Shown in pieces: positions 42,880-53,656 of a stretch of 64,000 nt of DNA; the first letter of the stretch is position 1, and the number at the start of each line of letters is the position of its first letter. The translations under genes were made by a program, and so were the position numbers. Source of the stretch: an uncultured Gammaproteobacteria bacterium (lineage in GTDB: Bacteria > Pseudomonadota > Gammaproteobacteria > JACCXJ01); the NCBI GenBank assembly GCA_963764725.1, contig CAVXTM010000001.1, forward strand, positions 408,147 through 472,146, given 5' to 3'. The notes under the pieces are model-generated. The model ran no database searches, was not told the DNA's origin, and was given only the letters and a program-made list of their open reading frames with translations.

Positions 42880-45699
42880 ATGAATGTGATTGCGGCCCCG
42901 CGCCGCCTGCGACAACAAACCACGACCATTTCGACCGCCGCGCCTTCGCTGTTGCGGACGCTTTTTCTTCACCACGATGGGATCGTCATCGGAGCCACGG
43001 TCCGTGCCTTGGAAAAACCTGGCCTCCTGACACACCTCGTCAGTCACGGGCGCGTGACGTTCCGAGAGCTTCTGGACCGCTATCCATGCAACCCCGGCTA
43101 CCTTCATGTCGCGCTCCGGTGTCTCGCGCTGCAAGGCTGGATCACGCGGGCAGGCGTTCCCGGAAGCGATGCGATGGTCGTCGAGGTGATGCCGCTCGGC
43201 GCGATCGCGGCGAAAACGTTTCCACTCTATGCCGAAGTTGCGGAGTTTGCCTATTCGGGGATCCCGATAGAACGGCATCTCTTTCATCAAAGGGATCTCG
43301 ACTCTGCGAGTGCCGAGCACTACACTCGGATAACGCGACGCTGCCTACAAAACTGGGATCTCACCGTGGGCGATCCGGCGGACCAAGAATCGAGGCTCAA
43401 TGAGATCACCCGCAAGCACCTCGACGGCCTGTTGGTTGGCCCCTTCATGATCGCGGCGAAGCTGCGCGGCTTGCTCGAAGGCGAGGACTTCGCCTGTGAC
43501 GGAATTCCCGGACCGCACGACAACCTTCGCGCGGGCGTGGCGCTCCTCGAGCACTTGGGATGGGTGCGGGGAGAGGGAGGGCGCCACCTGTTCACTGAGC
43601 TTGGCCGGGTAGCATGCGAGTTCACGCTCCATTACGGGCTCACGCTTTCGTATTGGCCGATGTTCTGCCAGTTGCCGATCCTCATCTTCAACTCTTCCCA
43701 ACACATAACCCATGTCGCGCCAGGCCACGAGGAGACGCATGTCGATCGCAGCTTGAACGTGCTGGCGAGCGGTGTCGCCCACCGCCCCTATTTCGAGGAT
43801 TCCGAGCAGATCCTGATCGGGATTTTCAATCGGGAGCCGCTTGCGGAGCAACCGCGTTTCGTGGCCGACATGGGCTGCGGCGATGGGATCTGGCTCAAAC
43901 GCATCTATGAAATCGTTGCGGCCAAGACCAGGCGCGGCCGACACCTGGACGCATATCCGCTCCTGATGATCGGCGCGGACTACAATGCCAAGGCGCTGGA
44001 AGCCGCCCGCCGCACCCTAGATACCGCCGGGATTCCGAACATCACCCTCTTCGGCGATGTGACCGATCCCACGCTTTTCGCGCAGGCCTTAGGCGAGCGC
44101 GGACTAGCGATTCTGGACGGCCTGCATATCCGCGCTTTCATCGATCACAATCGGCGTTATACCGAGCCGCGGGATAGAGCGAGCGCGGACAAACGCCTCG
44201 TTTTATCCACAGGGGCTTATGCCGGCGAGACCGGCAATGCGATTCCGAATAGATTACTGGAAGAAAACCTAGTCGAGCATCTCCGGCGCTGGGCGCCATT
44301 CATCAGGAAACATGGCCTCATCGTCATCGAGGCTCACAACGTCTATCCCCCGATCGCCGCCGAGTACAACGGCAAAACCCACGCCACCGCCTTCGATACC
44401 TATCACGGATATTCGAACCAATACCCTATCGACTACGAAGCGTTCATGTCGCTTGCGGAGGAGGCGGGTTTGCGCGCCGTCGCCCATGAGCAAAGGGTAT
44501 ACCCCTCGCGGCTTCCGTTTGTCGCCATCAGCCTTAACCGGTTCAAGACCCCCGATCCAATCGCGATCGCGGCAGCGCACCCGCCGCCCCGGCGAGACGG
44601 TACGAGCTGGCGGCCCGGCGGATCGGAGGACACCCTCGACGGCGAAGCCTTGCACCGCTTTCTCTATCACGAGGGCGATCTCACTCGCCCGCGGCGCTGG
44701 TGCGCAAGCAGCACCGGCATGCTGGTACGTGGCTTACTCGAAGACATCGAACGGCGGCTTGACCGTTACCTCAACCCGAGCCCTACATCGCGGCAACTTA
44801 CCCTGGTAGACTACGGCGCGGGCACTGGCCTCGCGACCTTGGAGCTGATCAAGGGCCTCCGGGAGACGGGTTTGATGCAGCGAATGAAGGGTAACGGCAT
44901 CAACTTCAAGCTGCTGCTTTTCGATTTCCCTGGCGGCTGGTTCGCTAAGGCCTTTGATCTGCTCAACGCCTTCGCGTTTATCGACTTTCATTCGCTCACG
45001 GATCCGGACACCGGTAAGATTCGGCTCATTTCCGACATCATTGCGCCGGAATCGGTGGACATCATCTATGCCAGCATGGTGTTGCACCTCGTACCCCCGA
45101 AGGCAATGCCGCCGTTGATCGATAGCTTCGCCGAGGTGTTGCAACCACACGGGAGCTTCTATTGGAACAGCCCGGACACGGCGCCGGCCTCAATGCATTC
45201 GGAAGTCATCCACGCGCCGAATCGCGCATTGCGCCGGCTGCTCCTGGAGGTCATCGACACTGAGACGCGAGTGCATCAGGTTCTAGCCAATGTTTCCGTG
45301 GATCAACGCGGCGCCTTCGCGGACCTGCCGCAACGCCTCGCGGAAATCAGGCGATCCCTCACTCCCGAGAGGCGAGCGGTAGCGAAAGCACGCGCGGATA
45401 AACAGATCTTGGCGATCCCGACCCATGTCGAGTATATCGAGGGCTTGTTGAACAAACGCTTCGACGGCGGGTTTGCGACCATGGTATCGGTGCTGAGCGA
45501 AGACGATGCGCTCGCGTTGGCACTACTGCCTGCGAACCAACGTTATTTCAACGAAATCGAGGATGCGGAGCTACGCTGTAAGCTGATTACCTTATTGCTC
45601 CGCTACGATGTCCTGCCGCGATTCCGAGCGGGCCCGGCCGGGAATGCCGTCGGCCTTAATCTTCACTGGACGGGTGGTAAGCATGTAAAGAATGGCTAA
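42880..45699 (+). CDS. AprA-MT1-like Fe/SAM methyltransferase fused to a second class I SAM methyltransferase
   Basis: HVDRSLNVLASG, DMGCGDG, IDHNR, TYHGYSNQY (H-x4-Q); second SAM motif VDYGAGTG and ASMVLHL. Confidence 0.72.
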   Translation: MNVIAAPRRLRQQTTTISTAAPSLLRTLFLHHDGIVIGATVRALEKPGLLTHLVSHGRVTFRELLDRYPCNPGYLHVALRCLALQGWITRAGVPGSDAMVVEVMPLGAIAAKTFPLYAEVAEFAYSGIPIERHLFHQRDLDSASAEHYTRITRRCLQNWDLTVGDPADQESRLNEITRKHLDGLLVGPFMIAAKLRGLLEGEDFACDGIPGPHDNLRAGVALLEHLGWVRGEGGRHLFTELGRVACEFTLHYGLTLSYWPMFCQLPILIFNSSQHITHVAPGHEETHVDRSLNVLASGVAHRPYFEDSEQILIGIFNREPLAEQPRFVADMGCGDGIWLKRIYEIVAAKTRRGRHLDAYPLLMIGADYNAKALEAARRTLDTAGIPNITLFGDVTDPTLFAQALGERGLAILDGLHIRAFIDHNRRYTEPRDRASADKRLVLSTGAYAGETGNAIPNRLLEENLVEHLRRWAPFIRKHGLIVIEAHNVYPPIAAEYNGKTHATAFDTYHGYSNQYPIDYEAFMSLAEEAGLRAVAHEQRVYPSRLPFVAISLNRFKTPDPIAIAAAHPPPRRDGTSWRPGGSEDTLDGEALHRFLYHEGDLTRPRRWCASSTGMLVRGLLEDIERRLDRYLNPSPTSRQLTLVDYGAGTGLATLELIKGLRETGLMQRMKGNGINFKLLLFDFPGGWFAKAFDLLNAFAFIDFHSLTDPDTGKIRLISDIIAPESVDIIYASMVLHLVPPKAMPPLIDSFAEVLQPHGSFYWNSPDTAPASMHSEVIHAPNRALRRLLLEVIDTETRVHQVLANVSVDQRGAFADLPQRLAEIRRSLTPERRAVAKARADKQILAIPTHVEYIEGLLNKRFDGGFATMVSVLSEDDALALALLPANQRYFNEIEDAELRCKLITLLLRYDVLPRFRAGPAGNAVGLNLHWTGGKHVKNG

Positions 45700-45810
45700 G
45701 GAAGTGGTTGACTGTAAGGTTAGGATTTAGTTGTTTGATAAGAGCTTTGCGACTTATCCTGGTCAGGAACAGCGCTCGATAAAGGGGTGGTGGGTTGGCC
45801 GGAATACGCA

Positions 45811-46638
45811 TTACGAAAGCCGGTCCAACTTAAAGCGCCGGCTCAGCACGCGATCAAGCGCGCGGGTGGGCAGCCAGCGCTTGAGGAAGGGTAAGAGAAG
45901 ACTGTGGTGACCGATCCGGACGACGGTCGGCGGATTGGGCGCTAGCACTGCGTCTGCCATCTTACGCGCAAACACCGCAGTGGGCGTCGTTCGCTCCTGC
46001 GAAGCTCCTAAGCGCGCCGCAATCGCATCCGTGACGGCCGCGTACAGAGAAGCGTCGCTTGGGTGAAAGCGTTGGGCCGCGGTCGCACTAAACTGAGATG
46101 CAACGCCCCCAGGTTGGACGGTAATGACCTCAATGCCGAAGGGCTGCAACTCCATGCGCAGGGAATCGGAAAGCGCATTTACCGCTGCCTTGGTGGCGCA
46201 GTAGGCGCCTGCGAAGGGTGTGGGCAGCACACCCGATATGCTGCTGATATTGACGATCCGGCCGGAACGTTGGCGCACCATGTCGGGCAGCAGCGCCTGG
46301 ACCAAAGCCACCATACCGAACACATTCGTCTCGAACTGAAGGCGCAGCTCGTTCATGGGCAGCTCGGCGAGCGGTCCCAGCGCGCCGTAGCCCGCATTGT
46401 TGATCAGGAGCGCCACGGTGACACCATCGTGCTGAAGACGCGCCTGCAGGCGGCGGATGCTCTCTGCATCCGTCACATCGAGCGTGGCCGTCCGGACACC
46501 ACGCGCCTCAAGCGCACTCAGAGTGCTCACCCGGCGCGCCGTGGCATACACCACATGTCCCCGACGATGGAATTCTTCGGCCAGCGCCCGGCCAATGCCC
46601 GTCGAACAGCCCGTCACCAGCGTAATATTCGTCTTCAT
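45811..46638 (-). CDS. Short-chain dehydrogenase/reductase
   Basis: TGCSTGIG, NNAG, YCATK. Confidence 0.93.
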   Translation of the reverse strand: MKTNITLVTGCSTGIGRALAEEFHRRGHVVYATARRVSTLSALEARGVRTATLDVTDAESIRRLQARLQHDGVTVALLINNAGYGALGPLAELPMNELRLQFETNVFGMVALVQALLPDMVRQRSGRIVNISSISGVLPTPFAGAYCATKAAVNALSDSLRMELQPFGIEVITVQPGGVASQFSATAAQRFHPSDASLYAAVTDAIAARLGASQERTTPTAVFARKMADAVLAPNPPTVVRIGHHSLLLPFLKRWLPTRALDRVLSRRFKLDRLS

Positions 46639-46676
46639 GAGGCGGCCAACGCGCTGCTCGGTGTCGTCTTCACTCG

Positions 46677-47738
46677 TTGGCATTTCCCAGCTTTACCGAA
46701 GACTTGAACCGCTTGGCCGAGTGGCTGAGGGCTTGTGAAGTGGACACCGTAGCGATGGAGTCGACGGGGGTGTACTGGATCCCGCTGTTCGAGCTGTTGG
46801 AGTCGCGTGGGTTCACGGTGTATCTGGTGAATGCTCGGCATGTGAAGAACGTCTCGGGGCGCAAATCGGACGTGCTCGACTGCCAGTGGCTGCAGCAATT
46901 GATGAGTTTCGGTCTGTTGAGTGGGGCCTTTCGTCCGAAGGGCGAGATTTGCGCGTTGCGGAGCGTGGCCCGGCAGCGGGCGATGTTGCTGAGCTACCAG
47001 TCTCGGCATGTCCAGCACATGCAGAAGGCGCTGACACAGATGAATATTCAGTTGGCCCAGGTGATCTCCGATGTGGTGGGGGAGACGGGTCAGAGAATCA
47101 TCCGGGCGATCCTGGCGGGCGAACGCAACGGGCAGGTGTTGGCCAAGCTCAAGCACTTCCGCATTCGGGCCACTGAGGAGGAGATCGCCAAATCCTTGCA
47201 GGGTAACTGGCGGGAGGAACACCTCTTTGCGCTCAAGCAGGCGGTATCGTTGTATGACGCCTATGCGGCCGAACTGGCCGAATGCGACCGGCAATTGGAA
47301 TCCATGCTGGGGGCCTTGGCGCGCCATGGCAGAGAACCGGGAAAAGCGAAACGACGCGCGCGGGCGAAGAACGCACCCCGGTTCGACATACGGACCTATC
47401 TGTTTCAATTGTGCGGTGTGGATTTGACCCAGATCGATGGGATCGACGTCACCACCGCCTTCAAGGTATTGGCCGAAGTGGGCGCCGATCTGTCGCGCTT
47501 CAAGACCGCGAAGCACTTCGCCTCCTGGCTGGGGTTGTGTCCGGGAACGAAGATATCGGGCGGAAAAGTCTTGTCGGGTGCCTCTAAGCGGACCGCCAAT
47601 CGGGCCGCGCAAGCCCTGAAGCTGGCGGCGGCATCCTTGCGTAGCAGCCGTTCGGCCTTGGGCGCCTATTACCGGCGCTTGGCTGCTCGCATGAGGGCTT
47701 TAGGAGGGCGGCATGTCCACTTACAGGTCACTGCGTGA
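46677..47738 (+). mobile_element. IS110-family transposase, truncated at both ends
   Basis: AMESTGVYW, GRKSDVLDCQW, FASWLGLCP..KISGGK; lacks the N-terminal GID motif and the C-terminal A.ARKL helix. Confidence 0.88.
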
Positions 47739-48122
47739 CCCCACGGTTGATACACTCGCGATGGCTGTGGAGTGGATTATCGAAACCACGCTAGTCCCCT
47801 TGGCCCGTTTTGCTGTCTGAGGTCAACAAAAGCGACCTAGGTCACATATGCATCGACTAGGTCGCTCAGCTCGGCGATCCACGGATAGTAGACTAAATCA
47901 TCGGCATCCGGTCAACGCGCGAAGGGGTGCCGTACGAAAAACCGTGGCGCGGTAATCGTAATTGCCCACCCAATACCCGGGCGCGGCATATCGCGATTAG
48001 CGCAGGTAAGGTCGCCGCGTATTAACGCGTATTAATATTGACTCAACCTCAAATTTAGCATAAGAAACAGCACTCGTCTCCCCAGTTGCCCACAGCATCT
48101 CTGCTAAGGAGGAAACAAAGAT

Positions 48123-48644
48123 ATGAGAAAGTATCAACTTAGCGTCATAATGCTCGCTTCGCTGACTCTCGCCTCACTGTGCCTTGCCCAATCTAGTCAA
48201 GAGAGGAAAGACAGGTCCGCGTCTACCGGCTCGCACACGGCACATGTAGTCGTCGTCCCCGATCAGGTCAAATGGGGACCTGCGCCGCCGTCGCTCCCCC
48301 CCGGCGCCCAGCTCGCAATCTTAGAGGGTGATGTGTCGAAAGCCGGTGTGCCGTTCACCATCCGTGCAAAGTTCCCGGACAGCTACAGAGTCCCGCCACA
48401 CTGGCACCCGACGGACGAAAGGATCGTAATCCTTCAAGGCGCACTCGGGATGGGGGTGGGGGAGAAGTTCGACCAGGCGACGGGCCACGAGCTGCCGGTC
48501 GGATCGTACTCGCTGATGCCTAAAGGAGTGAGACACTTCGTTTGGGCGAAGGGCGAGACCGTGATTCAGGTATCGGGTATGGGCCCGTTTGAGATTAACT
48601 ACGTGAATCCTGCCGACGACCCGCGTAAGGTGTCGAAGGAGTAG
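48123..48644 (+). CDS. Secreted cupin (DUF4437-like) protein
   Basis: Signal peptide; PPHWHPTDE, MPKGVRHF. Confidence 0.85.
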   Translation: MRKYQLSVIMLASLTLASLCLAQSSQERKDRSASTGSHTAHVVVVPDQVKWGPAPPSLPPGAQLAILEGDVSKAGVPFTIRAKFPDSYRVPPHWHPTDERIVILQGALGMGVGEKFDQATGHELPVGSYSLMPKGVRHFVWAKGETVIQVSGMGPFEINYVNPADDPRKVSKE

Positions 48645-48716
48645 CGGACAGGTCATAGCCTAAACCCGTCTGGTTATCCGCGAGGGATTGCGAGAGCAAT
48701 CTTACTCCGTGGTGCG

Positions 48717-49547
48717 TCAATCGACGAACAGATCGGATAGCAAATTCTTCGTGCCTGGCACCACCGCATAGCGCGCGAGATCGATGACGCCCTCGGCGGC
48801 GAGCACCTCCTCGTCGATGTAGAGATCGCCGGTGTGCTTGCGGCTGTCGCGGTTCAGAATGATGTATGCGGCATCGGCGAGGATCTCCGGCGTGCGACAG
48901 CGGTTGGGATCGATGCCGGGGATCATCGCCAATGCGGCGGTGTGAATGACCGTTCGCGGCCAGAGCCCGTTCACCGCGATGCCGTCGGCGCGAAACTCCT
49001 CTGCCATGCCGATCACGCACATGCTCATGCCGTATTTCGCCATCGTGTAGGCGGTGTGATGCTTGAACCACTTCGCGTTCAGGTTGAGCGGCGGACCGAG
49101 ATTGAGGATGTGCGGATTGCGGCCGGCTTTCGCCGACTGCTTGAGGTAAGGGATGCAGACCTGCGAGCAGCAATACGTGCCGCGCACGTTCACGCCGAAC
49201 ATAAGGTCAAACCGTTTCATCGGCGTCTCGAGCGTGCCGGTGAGCGAGATCACACTCGCGTTGTTGACCAGGATGTCGATGCTGCCGAAGTGCTCCGTGC
49301 AGCGCTTCGCCGCCTCGGCGACTTTGGTGTCGTCGCGGATGTCCACCGGCATCGGCAAGGCTCGCCCGCCCGCGGCTTCGATCTCTTCGGCGGCGGAGTA
49401 GATCGTGCCCGGCAGTTTCGGATGCGGCTGCTCGGTCTTGGCGACGATCGCGACGTTCGCGCCGTCGCGCGCGGCGCGCAACGCGATCGCCTTCCCGATG
49501 CCGCGCGATGCGCCGGTGATGAACAGCGTCTTGCCGGTAAGGCTCAT
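48717..49547 (-). CDS. HSDL2-like short-chain dehydrogenase
   Basis: TGASRGIG, PHPKLPGTI, NNAS, YTMAKYG, WPRT. Confidence 0.92.
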   Translation of the reverse strand: MSLTGKTLFITGASRGIGKAIALRAARDGANVAIVAKTEQPHPKLPGTIYSAAEEIEAAGGRALPMPVDIRDDTKVAEAAKRCTEHFGSIDILVNNASVISLTGTLETPMKRFDLMFGVNVRGTYCCSQVCIPYLKQSAKAGRNPHILNLGPPLNLNAKWFKHHTAYTMAKYGMSMCVIGMAEEFRADGIAVNGLWPRTVIHTAALAMIPGIDPNRCRTPEILADAAYIILNRDSRKHTGDLYIDEEVLAAEGVIDLARYAVVPGTKNLLSDLFVD

Positions 49548-49571
49548 AGCACCTCCGATTGGTCTACTCTT

Positions 49572-49655
49572 TCAGCCGAACTTCGAGAAATCCGGCTTCC
49601 GCTTTTCGAAGAACGCCGTGAACGCCTCTTTCGACTCGGGCGAGCGGAGCAGCGG
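49572..49655 (-). pseudogene. Enoyl-CoA hydratase C-terminal remnant
   Basis: LLRSPESKEAFTAFFEKRKPDFSKFG*; the rest of the gene is missing. Confidence 0.7.
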
Positions 49656-49842
49656 GGAATACGCGGTCAGACACCACATAAGGTTTGGGCGGTGAACTGG
49701 GAGCGAACGATCCTGCATTCGATAACTGGGTTCAAATCCGGATCACTTTAACGACGCGATCCTGTTCCAGCACTTGATAGACCAGTCTGAGCTGGACATT
49801 GACCCGGCGGGAATAGGCACGAGCCAGGTCGCCAACCAGCAA

Positions 49843-49910
49843 GGTAGCCTGTATGCAGCGCAGCGGAATACGGGGACGCCACAGCGCCATGATCGTTCCA
49901 TCCAGGCGAC
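49843..49910. repeat. REP/REPIN-like element
   Basis: GTAGCCTGTATGCAGCGCAGCGGAATACGGGG...TTCCATCCAGGC, similar to the copy at 57924-58001. Confidence 0.65.
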
Positions 49911-50152
49911 GATTTCTACTTCGTTAGGCAGCGGATAACGAAAATACATAGTCCCGGTTTGCTTTTAGGCGGCAAACTACGCATCGTGAGCATCACCATT
50001 GCTTTGACGCTAATCGCTTATAGCCTATTGTTGTATATTGTAGCATGGAATAGTAGTGCGTATGTTATAATCTTACGTTCTTCAGGACACTTGACAGCCG
50101 AAGAGAAAGCATCTACATTGCCTTATATTATTGTTACTACTTATGGTATCAA

Positions 50153-50362
50153 GTGAATAAAGTTCAAGCTAACCCTTTACGTCGGGAAGCGAATAAATCC
50201 GAGTTCACGGTTCAAGAAGCAGCGCATGAACTCGGGGTCGCAGTCGAGACGGTGCGCCGTTACATCCGTGAGGGTAAGCTTTTGGCGCACAAGAAGCGCG
50301 TAAGGGTCTCAAAGAGATTTGGTCAATATCGAAAGAAGCGGTCGAACGATTCCAGGTCGTAG
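50153..50362 (+). CDS. Excisionase/MerR-like HTH protein
   Basis: FTVQEAAHELGVAVETVRRYIREGKL.A. Confidence 0.75.
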   Translation: MNKVQANPLRREANKSEFTVQEAAHELGVAVETVRRYIREGKLLAHKKRVRVSKRFGQYRKKRSNDSRS

Positions 50363-50598
50363 GTTAACTGCGCAATCCGAGAGAAAGATGCGTGCTACAG
50401 GGATACCGTAAAGCATTTCCTTCGAGTAAAATCGCGTTCTCTTACCATGGCATCATCGCATTGCACGAAAGGTCTTCACCGAGGAGGGCTGCTAAGCGCA
50501 ATTGCAAATCAAGGGTTCATGAACAGTTTCGTGAAGTGTTTTCTGCCCGACGTAGCCGCATTTATTTTCTGTGCGAATGGCATTTCCGGAGAACGAAT

Positions 50599-51205
50599 AT
50601 GACTGGCGAACGCGAGCGCCTCCGACAACTGATCGAGCAGAAATGCTTAATAACTAGCCAAGGCTTTACCCTTAGCACAGGGGGAAAGTCCGGATTCTAT
50701 TTTGACTGTAAGGCGGTCACTCTCGAAGGTGAAGGACTGGCTCTCATAGCATCCGAAGTTCTGCGAGAAATAGAAGCGTTGCCGAAGCGTCCTACGGCAA
50801 TCGGAGGAATGACGATGGGCGCTGATTTCATCTCGGCCGCGGTTGCGTTGATGGCTTACCAGAGAGGCCTTAATACCGTTCACGCTTCGATAGTTCGTAA
50901 AGAGCCAAAAAAGCACGGAACGATGAACAAGATCGAAAATCAGCTTCCAATAGGAACATCGATCGTCGTGGTTGATGATGTAATCACAAGCTGGATCGTC
51001 AACTATTAAAGCGTGCGAGGAATTCTCTGCTGCCGGTTATGAGATCGTTGGCATCATCGCAATCGTCGATCGCGAGGCAGGCGGAAAACAGCGACTTGAG
51101 CAGTCGTATGGCCACGTACGCGCGCTTTTCCAAAAGAGCGATTTTCCAGCCCTGACACAGAACTCCGGTTCTAAAGGTGCGCAGCAAAAATGCACCGCTG
51201 CTTGA
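50599..51205 (+). CDS. pyrE: Orotate phosphoribosyltransferase-like protein (frameshift near 50990)
   Basis: FTLSTGGKS.FYFDCK, VRKEPKKHG, VVDDVIT.GSS, IVDRE.GG. Confidence 0.8.
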
Positions 51206-51248
51206 TGCTTCGGGCTGCGCGCGCTCGCTCCAGCCCTATATATGTACC

Positions 51249-51713
51249 TTAAGACGACGGCGCGCTATCCGCTTTTCCGTGGACCATGTCAGCTGGCACA
51301 CTTTCTTTCCTCGTGGCCTGCCAGGTCCCCGGACACCCGTTGATATCTTTCCAACTTCCCCCGCCCTTGGCCGCCGACAGCAATCCCTCGAAGGTCGCCG
51401 CATCGTAGCCTTCGTAGGTAAATCCGCCTTCCATTTTCCCGGAGTCCTGGATCACGCCTTCAAGCTCATACGCATAGCCGGAATTATCGGTGAGCTCACC
51501 GCTTACCTTGCCGCCTTTAATCGTGAGGGTTCCGCCCCCAATCCCGTAACCGCACTTGTCGTCCTCGCCGGGACGCGCAGTCTTGGTGCCGCCCCCGACC
51601 TGCCACGCGCCGTCGAATTTGGTGGTGGTGATCATAGTGGAATTGGCGTTGATGTCGCTGCAGCCGCTCACGGCGCCGCACACAAGGAGTGATACCGGTA
51701 TTATAGTTTTCAT
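51249..51713 (-). CDS. Hypothetical beta-rich lipoprotein
   Basis: MKTIIPVSLLVCGAVSGC lipobox; TAGGAG RBS. Confidence 0.75.
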   Translation of the reverse strand: MKTIIPVSLLVCGAVSGCSDINANSTMITTTKFDGAWQVGGGTKTARPGEDDKCGYGIGGGTLTIKGGKVSGELTDNSGYAYELEGVIQDSGKMEGGFTYEGYDAATFEGLLSAAKGGGSWKDINGCPGTWQATRKESVPADMVHGKADSAPSS

Positions 51714-51748
51714 GCTCCTACCCCATTGGGTGAATCTTGTGACGGACA

Positions 51749-51836
51749 CCTTCTCCTTCGGGAGAAGGCGTGGATGAGGGGAATACAAAGCATAGAGTTA
51801 TATCCCCTCACCCTAACCCCCGGTGGGAGAGGGAAC
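51749..51836. repeat. REP pair (CCCTCACCCTAACCC...GGGAGAGGG family)
   Basis: CCTTCTCC-TTCG-GGAGAAGG..GATGAGGG and CCCCTCACCCTAACCCCCGGTGGGAGAGGGAAC in inverted arrangement. Confidence 0.7.
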
Positions 51837-51923
51837 TTTATGAGTAAGCAAACCTTCTAGAAAACCTCGCTTGTGCATCGGGTCACGCGCGCGCCCTAGC
51901 CACCCGATATTTTTCTCAAGGCG

Positions 51924-53519
51924 CTAGGAGGGCGACAGGCTCGCGACACCGGGAATCGCCGCCGTTTGGGTCCGCTCCGCGAGCGCCATCGGCACCTTGT
52001 AAATATCGAAATGGCCCGAAGCGTTGTAGCTCTTGTACATCGCCTGCAACTCATACATCCATACGCCAAAGAAGAAGGCGAGATCGATGAGATCACGGCG
52101 ATTCACCGCGGTCCAGCGGATCAACCGCCAGAAGTGCGCGCGCTGTGGACCTCTGAGCCCGACGGAGTAGATGATCCGCCCAATGATGCCCAGGTACCGC
52201 CGTACCAACGTGAGGTTCCACGGCGCGGTGAGCGGCAATTTTCCTAAGTACTGCGATCGGTAATCCCGCATGAACGCCGTCGCGCGCTCGAACACATGTT
52301 CGGGCGCACACAGGTGTGTCAGTACTTGCTTGTAACCTGCGCTCAAGGTTCGAGCGTCCATCTTCGGCACGATATTGGTTTGGCTCTCGTGAAAATCGAA
52401 CTCGTAGATGAGCCGTCCTTCGCGCTTCATGCGATCGTATAACTCGGTGCCGGGAGGCGCCTTGAGCACGCTGACCCCGGCGATGACGATTCCGCAGTCT
52501 TGAATGAAATCGATCTGGCGCTGGAAAATCGCCGGTGTATCCGTGTCGAAACCGACGATAAATCCGGCCGTGACGATGAAGCCCGAGCGGTGCAATTGAC
52601 GGATGCTGTCGAGCAAGTCGCGACGCGTGTTTTGCCGTTTCTTGCAGGCGATGAGGCTGTCTTCGTCAGGTGTCTCCACACCCACGAAGATATGCCGGAA
52701 GCCGGCGTCCAACATCAGTTGCATGAGCTCGGGATCATCGGCCAGATTCACCGTCAGCTGGGTGGCAAAACCGACGGCACGCTGCTTACGCTGGCGCCAC
52801 TCGATCAAGGCGGGCAATAGATCGGTTTTTAAGAGCTTCTTGTTGCCGATGAGGTTGTCGTCGGCGAAGACGACCAGATCGAAACGGTCCAGATCCCCAA
52901 GCGCCTCGAGCTCGGCGATGATCTGCGCCGGGGTCTTGGTACGCGGCCGCCGACCGAAGAGGGCCGTCACGTCGCAAAAGTCGCATTGATAAGGGCAACC
53001 GCGCGAATACTGGACGATCGCGAACCCGTATTGACTCAGGTCGACCAGTTCCCACAATGGGACCGGGGTCGTGTGGACATCGGCCATCTCGGGCGAGGTG
53101 TAGATAGGCTTGGGACAGCCCTCTGCCAAATCGGCGAGGAATCGCGGTAGCGTCACCTCGGCTTCGTTGAGCACGAAATGATCAACGCCCGGAAACGCGG
53201 CGTACTCGTGCGTAAACAGTGGGCCACCAGCAACCACTTTGACGCCTGCCGCCTTGCAGCGCCGGATCAGCGCTCGCGCGGCGGTGGCTTGGACGTTCAT
53301 GGCGCCGATGAAGACATAATCCGCCCATTTGAGATCTCCCTCGGCAAGCTTATTTAGATTGAGATCGATGAGGCGCTTATTCCACTCCTTGGGCAACATG
53401 GCGGCGACGGTAAGCAATCCGATCGGGGGATAACTGGCCCGTTTTCCCGATATCCTGAGCAGATTGCTCATCGACCAGAAGGCGTAGGGCATCTCGGGGT
53501 AGACCAGTAGGATATTCAT
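51924..53519 (-). CDS. Cobalamin-binding radical SAM protein (DUF4070 type)
   Basis: PPIGLLTVAA, GGP, SRGCPYQCDFC, DDN, GFIVGFD. Confidence 0.9.
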   Translation of the reverse strand: MNILLVYPEMPYAFWSMSNLLRISGKRASYPPIGLLTVAAMLPKEWNKRLIDLNLNKLAEGDLKWADYVFIGAMNVQATAARALIRRCKAAGVKVVAGGPLFTHEYAAFPGVDHFVLNEAEVTLPRFLADLAEGCPKPIYTSPEMADVHTTPVPLWELVDLSQYGFAIVQYSRGCPYQCDFCDVTALFGRRPRTKTPAQIIAELEALGDLDRFDLVVFADDNLIGNKKLLKTDLLPALIEWRQRKQRAVGFATQLTVNLADDPELMQLMLDAGFRHIFVGVETPDEDSLIACKKRQNTRRDLLDSIRQLHRSGFIVTAGFIVGFDTDTPAIFQRQIDFIQDCGIVIAGVSVLKAPPGTELYDRMKREGRLIYEFDFHESQTNIVPKMDARTLSAGYKQVLTHLCAPEHVFERATAFMRDYRSQYLGKLPLTAPWNLTLVRRYLGIIGRIIYSVGLRGPQRAHFWRLIRWTAVNRRDLIDLAFFFGVWMYELQAMYKSYNASGHFDIYKVPMALAERTQTAAIPGVASLSPS

Positions 53520-53656
53520 GTGCTCCTCCACCTTGCCATATGTTAGTATCGTTATCCGGCCGCGACTCGCCCGTGCACAGGCGATCAAGTGGCATCGAAA
53601 CCATAAGCGTATCCCTATCGCCGCTTCATTCCAAGCCCCCGCCCATCGAGCTTGCT

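Noticed and set aside
47738-48100. Possible IS110 bridge RNA region, with hairpin AGCGACCTAG...CTAGGTCGCT at 47831-47866
   Set aside because: The transposase is truncated at both ends, so this DNA is probably not the element end; one hairpin is insufficient evidence.
49715-49745. tRNA T-loop-like GGGTTCAAATCC
   Set aside because: No T-stem pairing, cloverleaf or CCA end.
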